Assembly: GCA_910579785.1 (NCBI GenBank)
Contig: CAJTVJ010000005.1
Location: forward strand, 4,385-68,384
DNA from: an uncultured Christensenella sp.
GTDB lineage: Bacteria; Bacillota; Clostridia; Christensenellales; UBA3700
Length of the DNA: 64,000 bases
Direction of reading: 5' to 3'
The first letter of the stretch is position 1. The number at the start of each line of letters is the position of its first letter. The position numbers were made by a program, and so were the translations under genes. The notes beneath the pieces were generated by a model, which worked only from the letters and a program-made list of their open reading frames with translations, did no database searches and was not told where the DNA came from. Below are positions 8,169 to 18,557 of the stretch, in pieces.

Positions 8169-8954
8169 TTACTTTTTTGAGAGTATGCAAATTGCCCCAT
8201 AATGCTTGATTTTAAATTCTTTTGGAGCACAATTTACAAGCATTTGTCTATGCTCGCTCTCCCATTCAGCCAGAAGCGACGGTGAAAGGCTTGCTCCGAC
8301 TCCTCTGCAAGTTTTAATTCGTCCATGCCATGAGTCTCTGTCGAATCTCACTTTTAAGTCGAATATTTCTTTGTGCGAAATATCAAAATAGTCATAATAT
8401 ATCGGCGGCACGACTATGTGACGACGGGTTTCCCCACAACCCGTCCACGACGGATTATATTTCAATATCAACTCCTCGCTCTTTTTAGCTAAGTCATCCT
8501 CATATGGCAACCACGCCATATACAGCAATACAAACTTACCATCGGCTTTTAACACACTTGAGATATTTTTTGCCAAAACGTCATGATCAAAATAAGTAAA
8601 ACACTGACAAGCAGTAACAACGTCAAAACTTTCGCTTGGAAAATTTATATCCTCCGCAGACACGCAGAGAAAGTTGATATTCATATCTTGACTTTTAGCC
8701 AATGACTTTGCTTGATCAATTTGGTTTTGAGATATATCCACCCCGACGAATTTTCCGCCGTATTTGTAAAGATTGCGGGGCAACACTCCCGTGCCTGTGC
8801 CAATATCCAATACTCTTTGATTTGCTATGCACAAACCAAAATCAGTGATTTTATTATAAAACTCGTCAGGATAAATGTCCCTATACTTGGCATAATCTGT
8901 ACTAGTCTTGCCAAAGTCGAATTCTTTTCCGCTATCTATGTGTGATTTGTTCAT
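8169..8954 (-). CDS. Class I SAM-dependent methyltransferase
   Basis: Motif I VLDIGTGTGVL and a Methyltransf_11-like layout. GGGAG RBS. Confidence 0.85.
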   Translation of the reverse strand: MNKSHIDSGKEFDFGKTSTDYAKYRDIYPDEFYNKITDFGLCIANQRVLDIGTGTGVLPRNLYKYGGKFVGVDISQNQIDQAKSLAKSQDMNINFLCVSAEDINFPSESFDVVTACQCFTYFDHDVLAKNISSVLKADGKFVLLYMAWLPYEDDLAKKSEELILKYNPSWTGCGETRRHIVVPPIYYDYFDISHKEIFDLKVRFDRDSWHGRIKTCRGVGASLSPSLLAEWESEHRQMLVNCAPKEFKIKHYGAICILSKK

Positions 8955-8976
8955 AACTTCTCCCTATTATTAAAAA

Positions 8977-9178
8977 GATTAGATTTCTCCGCTACGCTAA
9001 CGCTACATTTTGTCGTTACTTATTTAATTCGTTGAGATTTCTCCGCTTCACTTCGTTTCGGTCGAAATGACTTAAAGTTTGATTATCTAAAAGCAAAATA
9101 TGGTCACCTCGACCGCAGCGGAGGTCTCAACAAATTGAATAAGTGATTGTGTATTTTAAAGTCGCGGTAAACGTCCAA
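8977..9178. repeat. Mosaic repeat cluster B: partial arm + K tail + hairpin (TT/AA) + linker + reverse hairpin (CC/GG) + reverse truncated K head
   Basis: H 9024-9072 GAGATTTCTCCGCTTCACTTCGTTTCGGTCGAAATGACT; reverse H 9098-9135 GGTCACCTCGACCGCAGCGGAGGTCTC; K fragments 8993-9024 and 9136-9178. Confidence 0.9.
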
Positions 9179-9179
9179 G

Positions 9180-9845
9180 TCATTTCTCCAACAAACGTCC
9201 GATTACATAACCTGCGATCTTAATTCCGCTTAAAGGCGGAATATAACTGATACTGCCAACGCCGTCGCAAACAATCGCAGGCGACTTTGTATAGCATATA
9301 TCCAAATTCTTTATGCCCCTGTCTTTGAGCGCTTTGCGGAGTTTCTTGGCAAGCGGATCGTAACTTGTCTTAAATATATCGCATATCTCAAAATCGCAAA
9401 GTTCTACTCTGTTGCCTGCTCCGCCTGCGCTTATGATATCAAGTCCTTTTTGTTTAGCAAGGCATATAAGTTCCACCTTATCTGCAAATGAATCTATCGC
9501 GTCGACAACCATATCCCAGCCCATATCAAGCACGGACGTATTGTCTGCCGAAAATCTTTCGCAAATCGAAATAACGTTGCAATTAGCATTTATATCCTTT
9601 ATCCTCTGCTCAAATGCCTTGACCTTAGGCATTCCCAAAGTGGAATCAAGCGCGATTATTTGACGGTTTTTGTTGGATATATCGACCACGTCTTTATCCA
9701 TCATACCGATCGTGCCTACTCCTGCTCTCGCAAGCATTTCTACGACGTATCCGCCGACGCCGCCGACGCCAACAACGAGAACGCGACTTGCAAAGAGTCT
9801 TTGCAAGCCGTCGTCTCCGATAAGTTTTATTTCGCGTGAAAACAT
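9180..9845 (-). CDS. tcdA: tRNA threonylcarbamoyladenosine dehydratase (ThiF/HesA family)
   Basis: 221 aa with the Rossmann motif VLVVGVGGVGGYVVEMLARAGVG. The size and layout match TcdA/CsdL. Confidence 0.8.
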   Translation of the reverse strand: MFSREIKLIGDDGLQRLFASRVLVVGVGGVGGYVVEMLARAGVGTIGMMDKDVVDISNKNRQIIALDSTLGMPKVKAFEQRIKDINANCNVISICERFSADNTSVLDMGWDMVVDAIDSFADKVELICLAKQKGLDIISAGGAGNRVELCDFEICDIFKTSYDPLAKKLRKALKDRGIKNLDICYTKSPAIVCDGVGSISYIPPLSGIKIAGYVIGRLLEK

Positions 9846-9846
9846 A

Positions 9847-11640
9847 TCAATCCTTCTTCTCGTCGAACTTTATTGCAAGTTCTTTAAGCTGTTTGTCTTC
9901 GACAGGCGAAGGCGCACCCGACATTAGACACGACGCGTTCTGCACCTTCGGGAACGCAATTACGTCCTTAATATTGTCCGTGCCTGTTACAAGCATAGTC
10001 AGTCTATCTAGACCAAACGCAAGTCCGCCGTGCGGAGGCGCGCCATACTTGAATGCCTCTACGAAAAATCCAAATCTCTCCTCAATATCCTCTTGGGTAA
10101 AGCCCAGGATTGAGAAAATCTTTTCTTGCATGAGAGGATCGTGTATACGTATACTTCCGCCGCCTGCTTCCTGCCCGTTGATGACCATATCGTATGCGTT
10201 GCTGCGTACTTTGAGAGGGTCGGTGTCAAGAAGAGGTATATCCTCAACGATCGCGCTGGTAAACGGATGGTGCACAGCGTAGTATCTGCCGTCTTCCTCC
10301 GAATATTCCAGAAGCGGGAAGTCAACTACCCAAAGGAAGTCAAACTTGCTCTTGTCATACAACTCGTATTTGTCTGCAATATGACATCTCAATGCGCCCA
10401 GCGAATCAAACACGACTTTGTTCTTGTCTGCAACAAAGAAGAGTATGTCGCCCTTTTGAGCGTCCATTGTCTCAAATATCGCCTTTTGTTCCTCTTCGCT
10501 CAAAAATTTGAGTATCGACGACGTGATACTTCCGTCTTCTCTAAACATTGCATACGCCAAGCCCTTTGCCCCATAGCTCTTGACAAACTCTCCGCAAGCG
10601 TCAACTTCTTTTCTCGTCATCTTTGAGCAAAGTCCTTTGGCATTTATCGCCCTTACGCTTCCGCCGCCTGCGACGGCATTTGTAAATACGGAAAATCCGC
10701 AGTCCTTGGCTATATCCGATAAATCTTTAAGCTGCATATCAAAACGGGTATCAGGCTTGTCGCTTCCCCATTTCTCCATAGCCTCGCTATACGGTATCCG
10801 CCTAAACTTCTCATTAAGCTCCATACCGAGGCACTCTTTGAATACCGCCTTGATAAGTCCTTCTGCGACGTTCATGACTTGCTCGTTGTCCTCGACGTAG
10901 CTCATCTCCATATCTATCTGCGAAAACTCGGGCTGACGGTTGGCTCTCAAATCTTCGTCGCGGAAACACTTGGCGATCTGATAATATCTGTCCATACCGG
11001 CAATCATAAGCAACTGTTTGAAGAGCTGCGGAGACTGAGGAAGAGCGTAGAACTCTCCATTGTGCAGTCTTGACGGCACCAAGTAATCGCGCGCGCCTTC
11101 GGGAGTAGACTTGCCCAAAAACGGAGTCTCTATCTCCAAAAAGCCGTTGTCGGAAAGATAATTGCGTACCACTCTCGTTATTTTGTCTCTCATAACAAGC
11201 TTGGATTGCAACGCGCTTCTGCGCAGGTCTAAATATCTGTATTTAAGTCTCAACGGCTCGCCTACCTTTATATCCTCTGTGATAACAAACGGCGTTACGT
11301 CAGCCTCAGACAAAATCTTCAAGTCGTGCGCAAGTATCTCCACCTCGCCCGTAGGCATATTCTTATTTATGTTGCTGCCTCTGCTTCTCACCTTGCCTGT
11401 GACTGCGATCACGTACTCGTTGCGTATCGTCGTAGCCTTGTCAAATATTGCCTTATCGACTTGATCGTCAAAAGCAACCTGCACCACTCCGCCTATATCT
11501 CTCAAATCTATGAAGAGCAAATTGCCGAGATTGCGATATTTCGCAACAAATCCCATGACGGTGACTTGCTTGTCAATATCGGCTGCGCGGAGCTGTCCGC
11601 ATTTGTGAGTTCTCTCTAAGCCGTTTAAAAAATCTACCAT
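9847..11640 (-). CDS. aspS: Aspartate--tRNA ligase
   Basis: 597 aa with class IIb motifs (FRDEDLRADRQPEF-like CFRDEDLRANRQPEFSQID, GGGSIRIH, GLDRL). Confidence 0.97.
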   Translation of the reverse strand: MVDFLNGLERTHKCGQLRAADIDKQVTVMGFVAKYRNLGNLLFIDLRDIGGVVQVAFDDQVDKAIFDKATTIRNEYVIAVTGKVRSRGSNINKNMPTGEVEILAHDLKILSEADVTPFVITEDIKVGEPLRLKYRYLDLRRSALQSKLVMRDKITRVVRNYLSDNGFLEIETPFLGKSTPEGARDYLVPSRLHNGEFYALPQSPQLFKQLLMIAGMDRYYQIAKCFRDEDLRANRQPEFSQIDMEMSYVEDNEQVMNVAEGLIKAVFKECLGMELNEKFRRIPYSEAMEKWGSDKPDTRFDMQLKDLSDIAKDCGFSVFTNAVAGGGSVRAINAKGLCSKMTRKEVDACGEFVKSYGAKGLAYAMFREDGSITSSILKFLSEEEQKAIFETMDAQKGDILFFVADKNKVVFDSLGALRCHIADKYELYDKSKFDFLWVVDFPLLEYSEEDGRYYAVHHPFTSAIVEDIPLLDTDPLKVRSNAYDMVINGQEAGGGSIRIHDPLMQEKIFSILGFTQEDIEERFGFFVEAFKYGAPPHGGLAFGLDRLTMLVTGTDNIKDVIAFPKVQNASCLMSGAPSPVEDKQLKELAIKFDEKKD

Positions 11641-11743
11641 AGTTGTTTCCTCTATTTATTTAATTATAATAATTATTTACTTTATCATTATTGTATTTGC
11701 CGTTTGCCTTTTGCACAGCGCCGTTGCCGTACGGCAAACTATA

Positions 11744-13009
11744 TTAAGAGAGCTTTGACGATATATATTCGTATATCGTATCTCCGTCAAGGGATACGCT
11801 CTCCTGCTCTCCGCTGTACATAAATTTGACAGACGCCCTGCATTCTTTTATCTCGTCTTCACCGATGATGACGACTGCTCTGCATCCCAGCTTGTCCGCA
11901 TACTTCATCTGCGCCTTAAAGCTTCTGTCCATCAAATCGTATTCGCATGACAGTCCTTTTTCTCTCAAACTCTTTGCAAGCGGCATAGCCAACTGCCTTG
12001 CCTCGTCGCACATAGGAGCGATATACACGTCAGACACAACTTCGCCGCCAAAGGTGTGACCAAGTTTGTCAAGCACTATTATAAGTCTTTCTAAGCCCAT
12101 TCCGAATCCAACTGCGGACGTAGGTTTGCCTCCCACCTGCTCAACCAAGTTGTTGTATCTGCCGCCGCCGCATACGGTACCTTGCGCGCCAATGCTAGTC
12201 GATATAAATTCAAATACAGTGCGAGTGTAATAGTCAAGTCCTCTTACTATGCGCGGATTGACGGTATAGTCAAGCCCAATCGACGTCAGTCCTTTGCAGA
12301 CGTTGTCATGGTGCGTCTTGCATTCGTCGCAAAGATAATCTATCGTATTGGGCGCGTCTTTTATTATCTCCTTGCACCCCTCTTCTTTGCAATCGAGGAT
12401 TCTCAAAGGATTTTTATCAAGTCTATCCTTGCACGTAGCGCACATACCGTCGATTTTTGACGCAAGATATTCTTTGAGCGCGGCATTATATTCTTTGCGG
12501 CACTTGGGACATCCTATGGAGTTGATATTGAGTTGCAACTCTTTGACTCCCAACTTATCAAATATCGTCTTGGCAAGAGATATGACTTCAACGTCTGCCT
12601 GCCATGAGTCGGCTCCAAAGAATTCTACGCCGAATTGGTGGTGTTCTCTCAATCTGCCGGCTTGCGGTCTCTCATATCTAAATACCGGTGTGATATAATA
12701 CATCTTAGTGGGCTGAGGTCTGTTGAAAAGTGAATTTTCAATAAACGCTCTCGCAACTCCTGCCGTACCCTCAGGTTTCAACGTCATACTTCTGCCGCCC
12801 TTATCCTCAAATGTATACATCTCCTTGTTGACAATATCCGTAGTGTCTCCCACTCCGCGCAAAAACAACTCGGTATGCTCAAACGTCGGAGTACGTATCT
12901 CACATGCTCCGAAAAGCCTTGCTACCTCTCTTACAATATTCTCTACGTAATGCCATTTGTAACTCTCAAAAGGTAAGACGTCTTTTGTTCCCTTAGGTAT
13001 GTTTATCAT
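11744..13009 (-). CDS. hisS: Histidine--tRNA ligase
   Basis: Class IIa motifs (RYERPQAGRLREHHQ, GGGRYNNL, GFGMGLERL). I prefer the start at MINIPKGTKD (ATG 13009-13007) with a GGAG RBS. The ORF track extends to 13060. Confidence 0.95.
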   Translation of the reverse strand: MINIPKGTKDVLPFESYKWHYVENIVREVARLFGACEIRTPTFEHTELFLRGVGDTTDIVNKEMYTFEDKGGRSMTLKPEGTAGVARAFIENSLFNRPQPTKMYYITPVFRYERPQAGRLREHHQFGVEFFGADSWQADVEVISLAKTIFDKLGVKELQLNINSIGCPKCRKEYNAALKEYLASKIDGMCATCKDRLDKNPLRILDCKEEGCKEIIKDAPNTIDYLCDECKTHHDNVCKGLTSIGLDYTVNPRIVRGLDYYTRTVFEFISTSIGAQGTVCGGGRYNNLVEQVGGKPTSAVGFGMGLERLIIVLDKLGHTFGGEVVSDVYIAPMCDEARQLAMPLAKSLREKGLSCEYDLMDRSFKAQMKYADKLGCRAVVIIGEDEIKECRASVKFMYSGEQESVSLDGDTIYEYISSKLS

Positions 13010-13082
13010 TTTTAATTCTCCGTGATTTTTTGTTTTTATGTTGTTTCCTGCAAAGACCAAAGCTTAGTTGACTATAAGCATT

Positions 13083-13179
13083 ATATGGTCACTTCGAGCG
13101 TAGTCGAGAAATCTTATCGAGTTTATATTTTCACAAGGATGAGACTTCTCCGCTTCACTTCATTTCGGTCAAAGTGACT
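13083..13179. repeat. Mosaic repeat cluster C: reverse hybrid hairpin (TT/AG) + forward hairpin (CT/AG) in the hisS upstream region
   Basis: 13083-13123 GGTCACTTCGAGCGTAGTCGAGAAATCT; 13130-13179 TTCACAAGGATGAGACTTCTCCGCTTCACTTCATTTCGGTCAAAGTGACT. Confidence 0.85.
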
Positions 13180-13235
13180 TGAAGTTTGGTATGTTGCAAT
13201 CTGTATTTAGTTACCTATAAGCACATTGACAAATC

Positions 13236-14558
13236 TTACAATATATACTTATTGAGATTCATCTTCTTGATTACGTTGTCAAAATGCTTATCAACGTACG
13301 CTTTGTCTATCACAACGTCCATTGCGTCGTTGGTGTTGCCTGCCTCAAAAGATATATCTTCAAGCAGACTTTCCATCATCGTATGCAAACGTCTTGCGCC
13401 GATATCCTCTTTGTTTTCATTCTCGACGGCGCAAAGCTTTGCCAACTGCTTTATCGCCTCGGCTGTAAACTTCAAGCTCACCTTGTCCACTCCCAAAAGC
13501 GCGGTATATTGCATCAAAATCGCATTGTCGGTCTTGGTGAGTATCTCCTCAAAGTCTTGCTCTGTCAAAGAGTCAAGTCTGACGGATATAGGAAATCTTC
13601 CTTGCAATTCGGGTATAAGATCGGATACGCTTGCAATATGGAACGCTCCTGCGGCAATGAAAAGAATATGATCCGTCTTTATCTGTCCGTACTTTGTGTT
13701 GACGGTACAACCCTCGACGATTGGCAGGATATCTCTCTGCACGCCCTCGCGCGATACGTCGTGTCCGCCGCCGTTGCCGCTTGCTTTATTGGCAATCTTA
13801 TCTATCTCGTCGATAAATATTATACCCTCGTTCTCTGCTCTTGCAATAGCCTCTGCATTGACGTTGTCGGGATCGATAAGCTTTTGCTCTTCCTCTTCTA
13901 TGAGTATCCTCAACGCCTCTTTGACGGTAACCGTCTTAGCCTTGGTCTTGCCCCCTCCCATCATTGACCCAAAAAGTTCGTTGATATTTATCTCCATACC
14001 GCCTTGATTGCTTATCGTCTGCTGTTTTGGCTTGACAGGCAATTCAAGCGTAATAGTAAGGTCGTCGACCTTGCCTTCTCTTATCTCTTGCAAGATATAC
14101 CCTCTCATCTGTCCGTCGGACATATCGGGATAAGCTTCTTTTCTTCTCTTAGTGATTGCGGGCACAAGCTTTTCCTCGGCACGCTCTCTCGCTTTGAGTT
14201 CTACCTCTTTCGCCTTCTCTTCCGTCACCATTCTTATGGACGCCTCGACAAGATCGCGTACCATTGATTCTACGTCTCTGCCGACGTATCCCACCTCGGT
14301 GAACTTCGTCGCCTCGACCTTGATAAACGGCGCCTTGACAAGCTTGGCAAGTCTTCTTGCTATCTCCGTCTTACCTACGCCGGTGGGTCCCTGCATGATA
14401 ATATTCTTTGGGCTTATTTCCTCGCGCAAATTCTGCGGAAGCTTGCTTCTTCTGTATCTGTTGCGAAGAGCCACTGCGACCGCTTTCTTGGCATTGGTCT
14501 GACCTATTATATATCTGTCAAGCTCCTGCACGATTTGTTTTGGAGTAAGATTGTTCAT
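13236..14558 (-). CDS. hslU: ATP-dependent protease ATPase subunit HslU
   Basis: 440 aa with Walker A GPTGVGKTEIARRLA. AAA+ HslU layout, directly downstream of hslV. Confidence 0.95.
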   Translation of the reverse strand: MNNLTPKQIVQELDRYIIGQTNAKKAVAVALRNRYRRSKLPQNLREEISPKNIIMQGPTGVGKTEIARRLAKLVKAPFIKVEATKFTEVGYVGRDVESMVRDLVEASIRMVTEEKAKEVELKARERAEEKLVPAITKRRKEAYPDMSDGQMRGYILQEIREGKVDDLTITLELPVKPKQQTISNQGGMEININELFGSMMGGGKTKAKTVTVKEALRILIEEEEQKLIDPDNVNAEAIARAENEGIIFIDEIDKIANKASGNGGGHDVSREGVQRDILPIVEGCTVNTKYGQIKTDHILFIAAGAFHIASVSDLIPELQGRFPISVRLDSLTEQDFEEILTKTDNAILMQYTALLGVDKVSLKFTAEAIKQLAKLCAVENENKEDIGARRLHTMMESLLEDISFEAGNTNDAMDVVIDKAYVDKHFDNVIKKMNLNKYIL

Positions 14559-14559
14559 A

Positions 14560-15090
14560 TTACACCTCCTCTACGATAATGTTGTTGTTGGTAAATACGC
14601 AAAGCTCGCTGGCAATTACCAATGCCTTGTAAGCTATATCTTTGGCGGAAAGGTCGGTCTCTTTTACCATAGCTCTTGCCGCTGCAAGCGCATAGTTGCC
14701 GCCTGAGCCTATTGCGCAAGCGTCGCCGTCGGGGTCGATGACTTCGCCGCTGCCCGATACGATAAGCAACGTATCCTTATCTGCGACCAACATCATAGCT
14801 TCCAACTTTCTCGCCTTGTCATCTCTCCAAAGCTCGGCAAGTTCTACTGCGCTGCGCATAAGATTGCCGCTGTATTTTTGCAACATTCTCTCAAACTTTT
14901 CGCTGAGGGATATTGCGTCGGATACGCTGCCTGCAAAGCCGATGACGACCTTATCGTCATATATCCTCTTGACTTTCTTTGCGCTGCCTTTGAGTATGAC
15001 GCTCTGTCCCATAGTAATCTGACCGTCTCCTGCGATAGCTATCTTTCCGTCGCGTCTGACCGCGCATATGGTAGTACCCATCATTTCCAT
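14560..15090 (-). CDS. hslV: ATP-dependent protease subunit HslV
   Basis: 176 aa with the N-terminal catalytic GTTI motif. AAGGAGA RBS. Confidence 0.93.
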   Translation of the reverse strand: MEMMGTTICAVRRDGKIAIAGDGQITMGQSVILKGSAKKVKRIYDDKVVIGFAGSVSDAISLSEKFERMLQKYSGNLMRSAVELAELWRDDKARKLEAMMLVADKDTLLIVSGSGEVIDPDGDACAIGSGGNYALAAARAMVKETDLSAKDIAYKALVIASELCVFTNNNIIVEEV

Positions 15091-15102
15091 AACTGTGTCT
15101 CC

Positions 15103-16404
15103 TTATTCATTTATATCTTTTAGATAACTCTCTACTGCTGCTATGCACCGCAAAGAGTATTTATATTTTCGCTGTTTTTTGTCCCTCGGAGGGTCGTTGA
15201 GCGCAGGCAATATGCCGAAATTGGCATTCATTGGCTGATAATCGTCGACAGGCGTCGAGATATGTCTTTGCAACTGTCCTATTATGCAGACGTCCGGCAT
15301 AATCATATCCGACTTTCCGCCAAGCCTCCTCGCAAGATTTATACCCGCTACAAGTCCGCTTGCCGCGCTTTCCATATATCCCTCTACTCCGGTGAGCTGA
15401 CCTGCAAAAAATATATGTTTGTTATCTTTCAATGCCCAAGCGCTGTCAAGCACCTTGGGAGCATTGATAAACGTGTTGGCGTGCATCACGCCGTAACGCA
15501 GAAATTCAGCGTTCTCCAATCCGGGTATCATAGAAAACACCCTCTTTTGCTCTGCAAATTTCAGATTGGTCTGAAATCCTACTATGTTGTACGCATTGCC
15601 TTCTCTCTTTTCTTTGCGAAGCTGTACGACGGCGTAAGGGCGTCCTTCGCGGCGCGGATCGCGTATGCCCACCGGTCTCAACGGTCCGTATCTCATAGTG
15701 TCTATACCCCTCGACGCCATGACCTCTATCGGCATACATCGCTCAAATACTTCAAACTCAAAGTCTTTGAGTTTTGCTCTCTCCGCATTTATAAGCGCGT
15801 CATAAAAAGCCAAATACTCCTCTTTGTCCATCGCGCAGTTGAGATAGTCGTCTCCGCCTTTGCCGTATCTGGCGGCAAAAAACGCCTTGTCATAGTCTAT
15901 GCTCTCGCCGTCAATTATAGGAGCTACCGCGTCGTAAAAGCTGAGGTATTCGCCTCCAAGACTGCTCGCTATCCAATCCGACATACCCTTGGACGTCAAC
16001 GGTCCTGTGGCAATGACGGTGGGTATATCCATATCGACGTCTTCAACATCTTCTCTTACAAGACGAAAGCCGTCAAAGCTATGCAATATCTCTTCGACCT
16101 TTCTGCTGAGTTTCTCTCTGTCTACCGCAAGCGCGCCGCCTGCCGGCACGTCGCATTGATAGGCGCATTTGAGTATTATGCTGTCAAGCCTGGCAAGTTC
16201 GTACTTCAAAAGTCCTGAGGCATTGTCTATGCTCTGCGCTTTGAGCGAATTGGAACACACTAGTTCTGCCAAATGAGTCGTGGAATGACACGGAGTTCTG
16301 CCCACGCCTCTCATCTCATAAAGGTCTACTTGATATCCCCTTTTGAGAAGTTGATACGCGCTTTCGCATCCTGCCAAACCTCCGCCGATCACATTGACTT
16401 TCAT
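15103..16404 (-). CDS. trmFO: Methylenetetrahydrofolate--tRNA-(uracil-5-)-methyltransferase TrmFO
   Basis: 433 aa with FAD motif VIGGGLAGCE. Gid/TrmFO family. Start overlaps the topA stop (ATGA). Confidence 0.95.
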   Translation of the reverse strand: MKVNVIGGGLAGCESAYQLLKRGYQVDLYEMRGVGRTPCHSTTHLAELVCSNSLKAQSIDNASGLLKYELARLDSIILKCAYQCDVPAGGALAVDREKLSRKVEEILHSFDGFRLVREDVEDVDMDIPTVIATGPLTSKGMSDWIASSLGGEYLSFYDAVAPIIDGESIDYDKAFFAARYGKGGDDYLNCAMDKEEYLAFYDALINAERAKLKDFEFEVFERCMPIEVMASRGIDTMRYGPLRPVGIRDPRREGRPYAVVQLRKEKREGNAYNIVGFQTNLKFAEQKRVFSMIPGLENAEFLRYGVMHANTFINAPKVLDSAWALKDNKHIFFAGQLTGVEGYMESAASGLVAGINLARRLGGKSDMIMPDVCIIGQLQRHISTPVDDYQPMNANFGILPALNDPPRDKKQRKYKYSLRCIAAVESYLKDINE

Positions 16405-18545
16405 GCCTTGTCTTTTTCCTTATTCTCTTTTTTCAACACCTGCGGAAGGTCCTTTTCTTCTACGCTTTCGCCGTATTTACATTCCTTGTTGGTGCATACG
16501 TATCTGGTGCCGTTTTTGCCGCTCCATACTTTCATAATTGACTTACATTGCGGACAAAGACGCGGCGCCGGCAAATCCCAAGATATGAACTTGCACGTAG
16601 GATAGTTGTTGCAAGAGAAAAAGTCCTTGCCCTTCTTAGACACCTTCTTATATACGTCTCCGCCGCACATAGGACATACTGCGACCGCCTCGCTGAGCGA
16701 CTTGGTATTTCTGCATTTCGGGAAATTGGGACATGCCAAAAACTTGCCGTACTTGGAATCCCTTATGACCATCCTTGCTCCGCATTTGTCGCATATGACG
16801 TCGGACTCTTCTGCCTTAGGTTTCAATGACCCCGTCTGATGTTTTACTTCAAGCACTCTCTTGTGGAAGTCCCCGTAGAAATCTGCAATGACTTCATACC
16901 ACTTGATATTGCCTTCTTCTATCTTGTCAAGGTTTTTCTCCATATCCGCAGTAAATTGCGTGTCCATTATTTCCGAGAAATTTTTGACAAGTTGATCTAC
17001 GACTATCTCGCCAAGCTCAGTCGGCTTCATAAACTTGCCTTCTTTTTCGACGTAAGTACGCTTATAAAGTACTGTGATAGTCTTTTCAAACGTCGACGGT
17101 CTGCCTATGCCGTTTTCTTCCATAGCCTTGATAAACGATCCGTCGGTATATCTCTGCGGCGGCTTGGTAAATTTCTGCTCGCCCGTGATGTCTTTGAGAT
17201 CGAGTACGTCGCCCTCTTTAAGGTCAGGCAGTTCCTTCGCGCTCTCTTCCTTTTCAGCAGAGCTGTACGCTTGGGTAAATCCCTTGAATACGCACACTTT
17301 GCCTTTAAGAGTATACCCGTACTTCTTATCGCTTTGAGATACGATATGCACCGTCAAAGTGTCGTATACGGCATTAGCCATCTGCGAGGCTACAAACCTG
17401 TCGTATATAAGCTTGTATAATTTATAATCGTTGCGCGGTATCTTATCCTTTAAAGATTCAGGCGTGCGCGAGAGCGTGATAGGTCTTATTGCCTCGTGCG
17501 CGTCCTGCGCTCCCGATCCCGTAGCATAGACGTTGGGCTTTTTAGGACAGTAGTCCTTGCCATAGTTGTCGGCAATGAAATCAAGCGCTTCCCTCTGCGC
17601 GTCCGCAGAGACTCTCACGCTGTCCGAACGAATATAGGTGACGAGCGCGACCTGTCCTTCACCCTGAACTTCGACGCCTTCGTACAGTCTCTGTGCGATT
17701 TGCGTTACCACAGACGCGCTGAATCCCAATTTGGATATGGCGTCCTGTTGCATTGTCGACGTGGTGAACGGAGGCGACGGCTTGGAGAAAGACTGCGCTC
17801 TCTTGACGTTGTCCACGCTCCACGCGCCTGCTTTGCTTGCGCCGATTATCTGGTCTGCTTGTTCTTTGCAGGTGACCTTAGTCTTCTTGCCGTCTATATC
17901 GACAAACTCGCTCTTAAACGACAAGTTCTTTTTATCTTTGACGCCAGCCGCGCCGTCTTTGGTGAGGTGCGCGTTGATAGTCCAATACTCCTGCGGCTTG
18001 AAATTGCGAATCTCCCTCTCTCTGTCGACAACCATTTTAAGCGCGACGGATTGCACTCTTCCTGCCGAAAGCCCGTTCTTTATCTGACGGGAAATGATAG
18101 GAGAAAGTTCATATCCCATAAGTCTGTCAAGCACTCTTCTCGCCTGCTGTGCGTCGACAAGTCCCATATTTATCTCTCTGGGATTTTCCAATGCCTTTTG
18201 CACTGCCTTTTTGGAAATCTCGTTGAATACTATCCTGACGTTGCTGTCTTTTATACCGCAGACGTTGGCAATGTGCCAAGATATTGCCTCTCCCTCTCTA
18301 TCGGGGTCGGCTGCGAGATATACGGTGTCGCATTTCTCTATCTCCCTTTTTATCGTCTCGATAGTCTCTTTCTTGTCGGGATTGACGATATACTCGGGTT
18401 TAAAATTGTTGTTGACGTCCACGCCCATTGTCTTTTGAGGCAAGTCGCTGACGTGTCCCTTGGAAGCCACTACGCGATAGCCGCCGCCAAGATATTTTGA
18501 GATTGTCTTCGCCTTATGAGGCGACTCTACGATTATAAGTTTCAT
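16401..18545 (-). CDS. topA: DNA topoisomerase I
   Basis: TOPRIM start MKLIIVESPHKAK and C-terminal CxxC zinc ribbons. I prefer ATG 18545-18543 behind AAGGAG. The ORF track starts at GTG 18551. Confidence 0.97.
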   Translation of the reverse strand: MKLIIVESPHKAKTISKYLGGGYRVVASKGHVSDLPQKTMGVDVNNNFKPEYIVNPDKKETIETIKREIEKCDTVYLAADPDREGEAISWHIANVCGIKDSNVRIVFNEISKKAVQKALENPREINMGLVDAQQARRVLDRLMGYELSPIISRQIKNGLSAGRVQSVALKMVVDREREIRNFKPQEYWTINAHLTKDGAAGVKDKKNLSFKSEFVDIDGKKTKVTCKEQADQIIGASKAGAWSVDNVKRAQSFSKPSPPFTTSTMQQDAISKLGFSASVVTQIAQRLYEGVEVQGEGQVALVTYIRSDSVRVSADAQREALDFIADNYGKDYCPKKPNVYATGSGAQDAHEAIRPITLSRTPESLKDKIPRNDYKLYKLIYDRFVASQMANAVYDTLTVHIVSQSDKKYGYTLKGKVCVFKGFTQAYSSAEKEESAKELPDLKEGDVLDLKDITGEQKFTKPPQRYTDGSFIKAMEENGIGRPSTFEKTITVLYKRTYVEKEGKFMKPTELGEIVVDQLVKNFSEIMDTQFTADMEKNLDKIEEGNIKWYEVIADFYGDFHKRVLEVKHQTGSLKPKAEESDVICDKCGARMVIRDSKYGKFLACPNFPKCRNTKSLSEAVAVCPMCGGDVYKKVSKKGKDFFSCNNYPTCKFISWDLPAPRLCPQCKSIMKVWSGKNGTRYVCTNKECKYGESVEEKDLPQVLKKENKEKDKA

Positions 18546-18557
18546 CTCCACTCCTTA

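Noticed and set aside
9024-9072. Hammerhead-like ribozyme (GAUGAGA ... GUCGAAAUGAC) in TT-type units
   Set aside because: The GAAA element is not conserved. It changes to GAGG, GAAG or GATA together with the 5' arm. These bases therefore form a covarying stem, not a catalytic core, and the CUGA box is also absent.
11700-11740. Terminator between hisS and aspS
   Set aside because: The palindrome TTGCCGTACGGCAA gives only a short stem and is not followed by a U tract on the minus strand. The two genes are probably co-transcribed.
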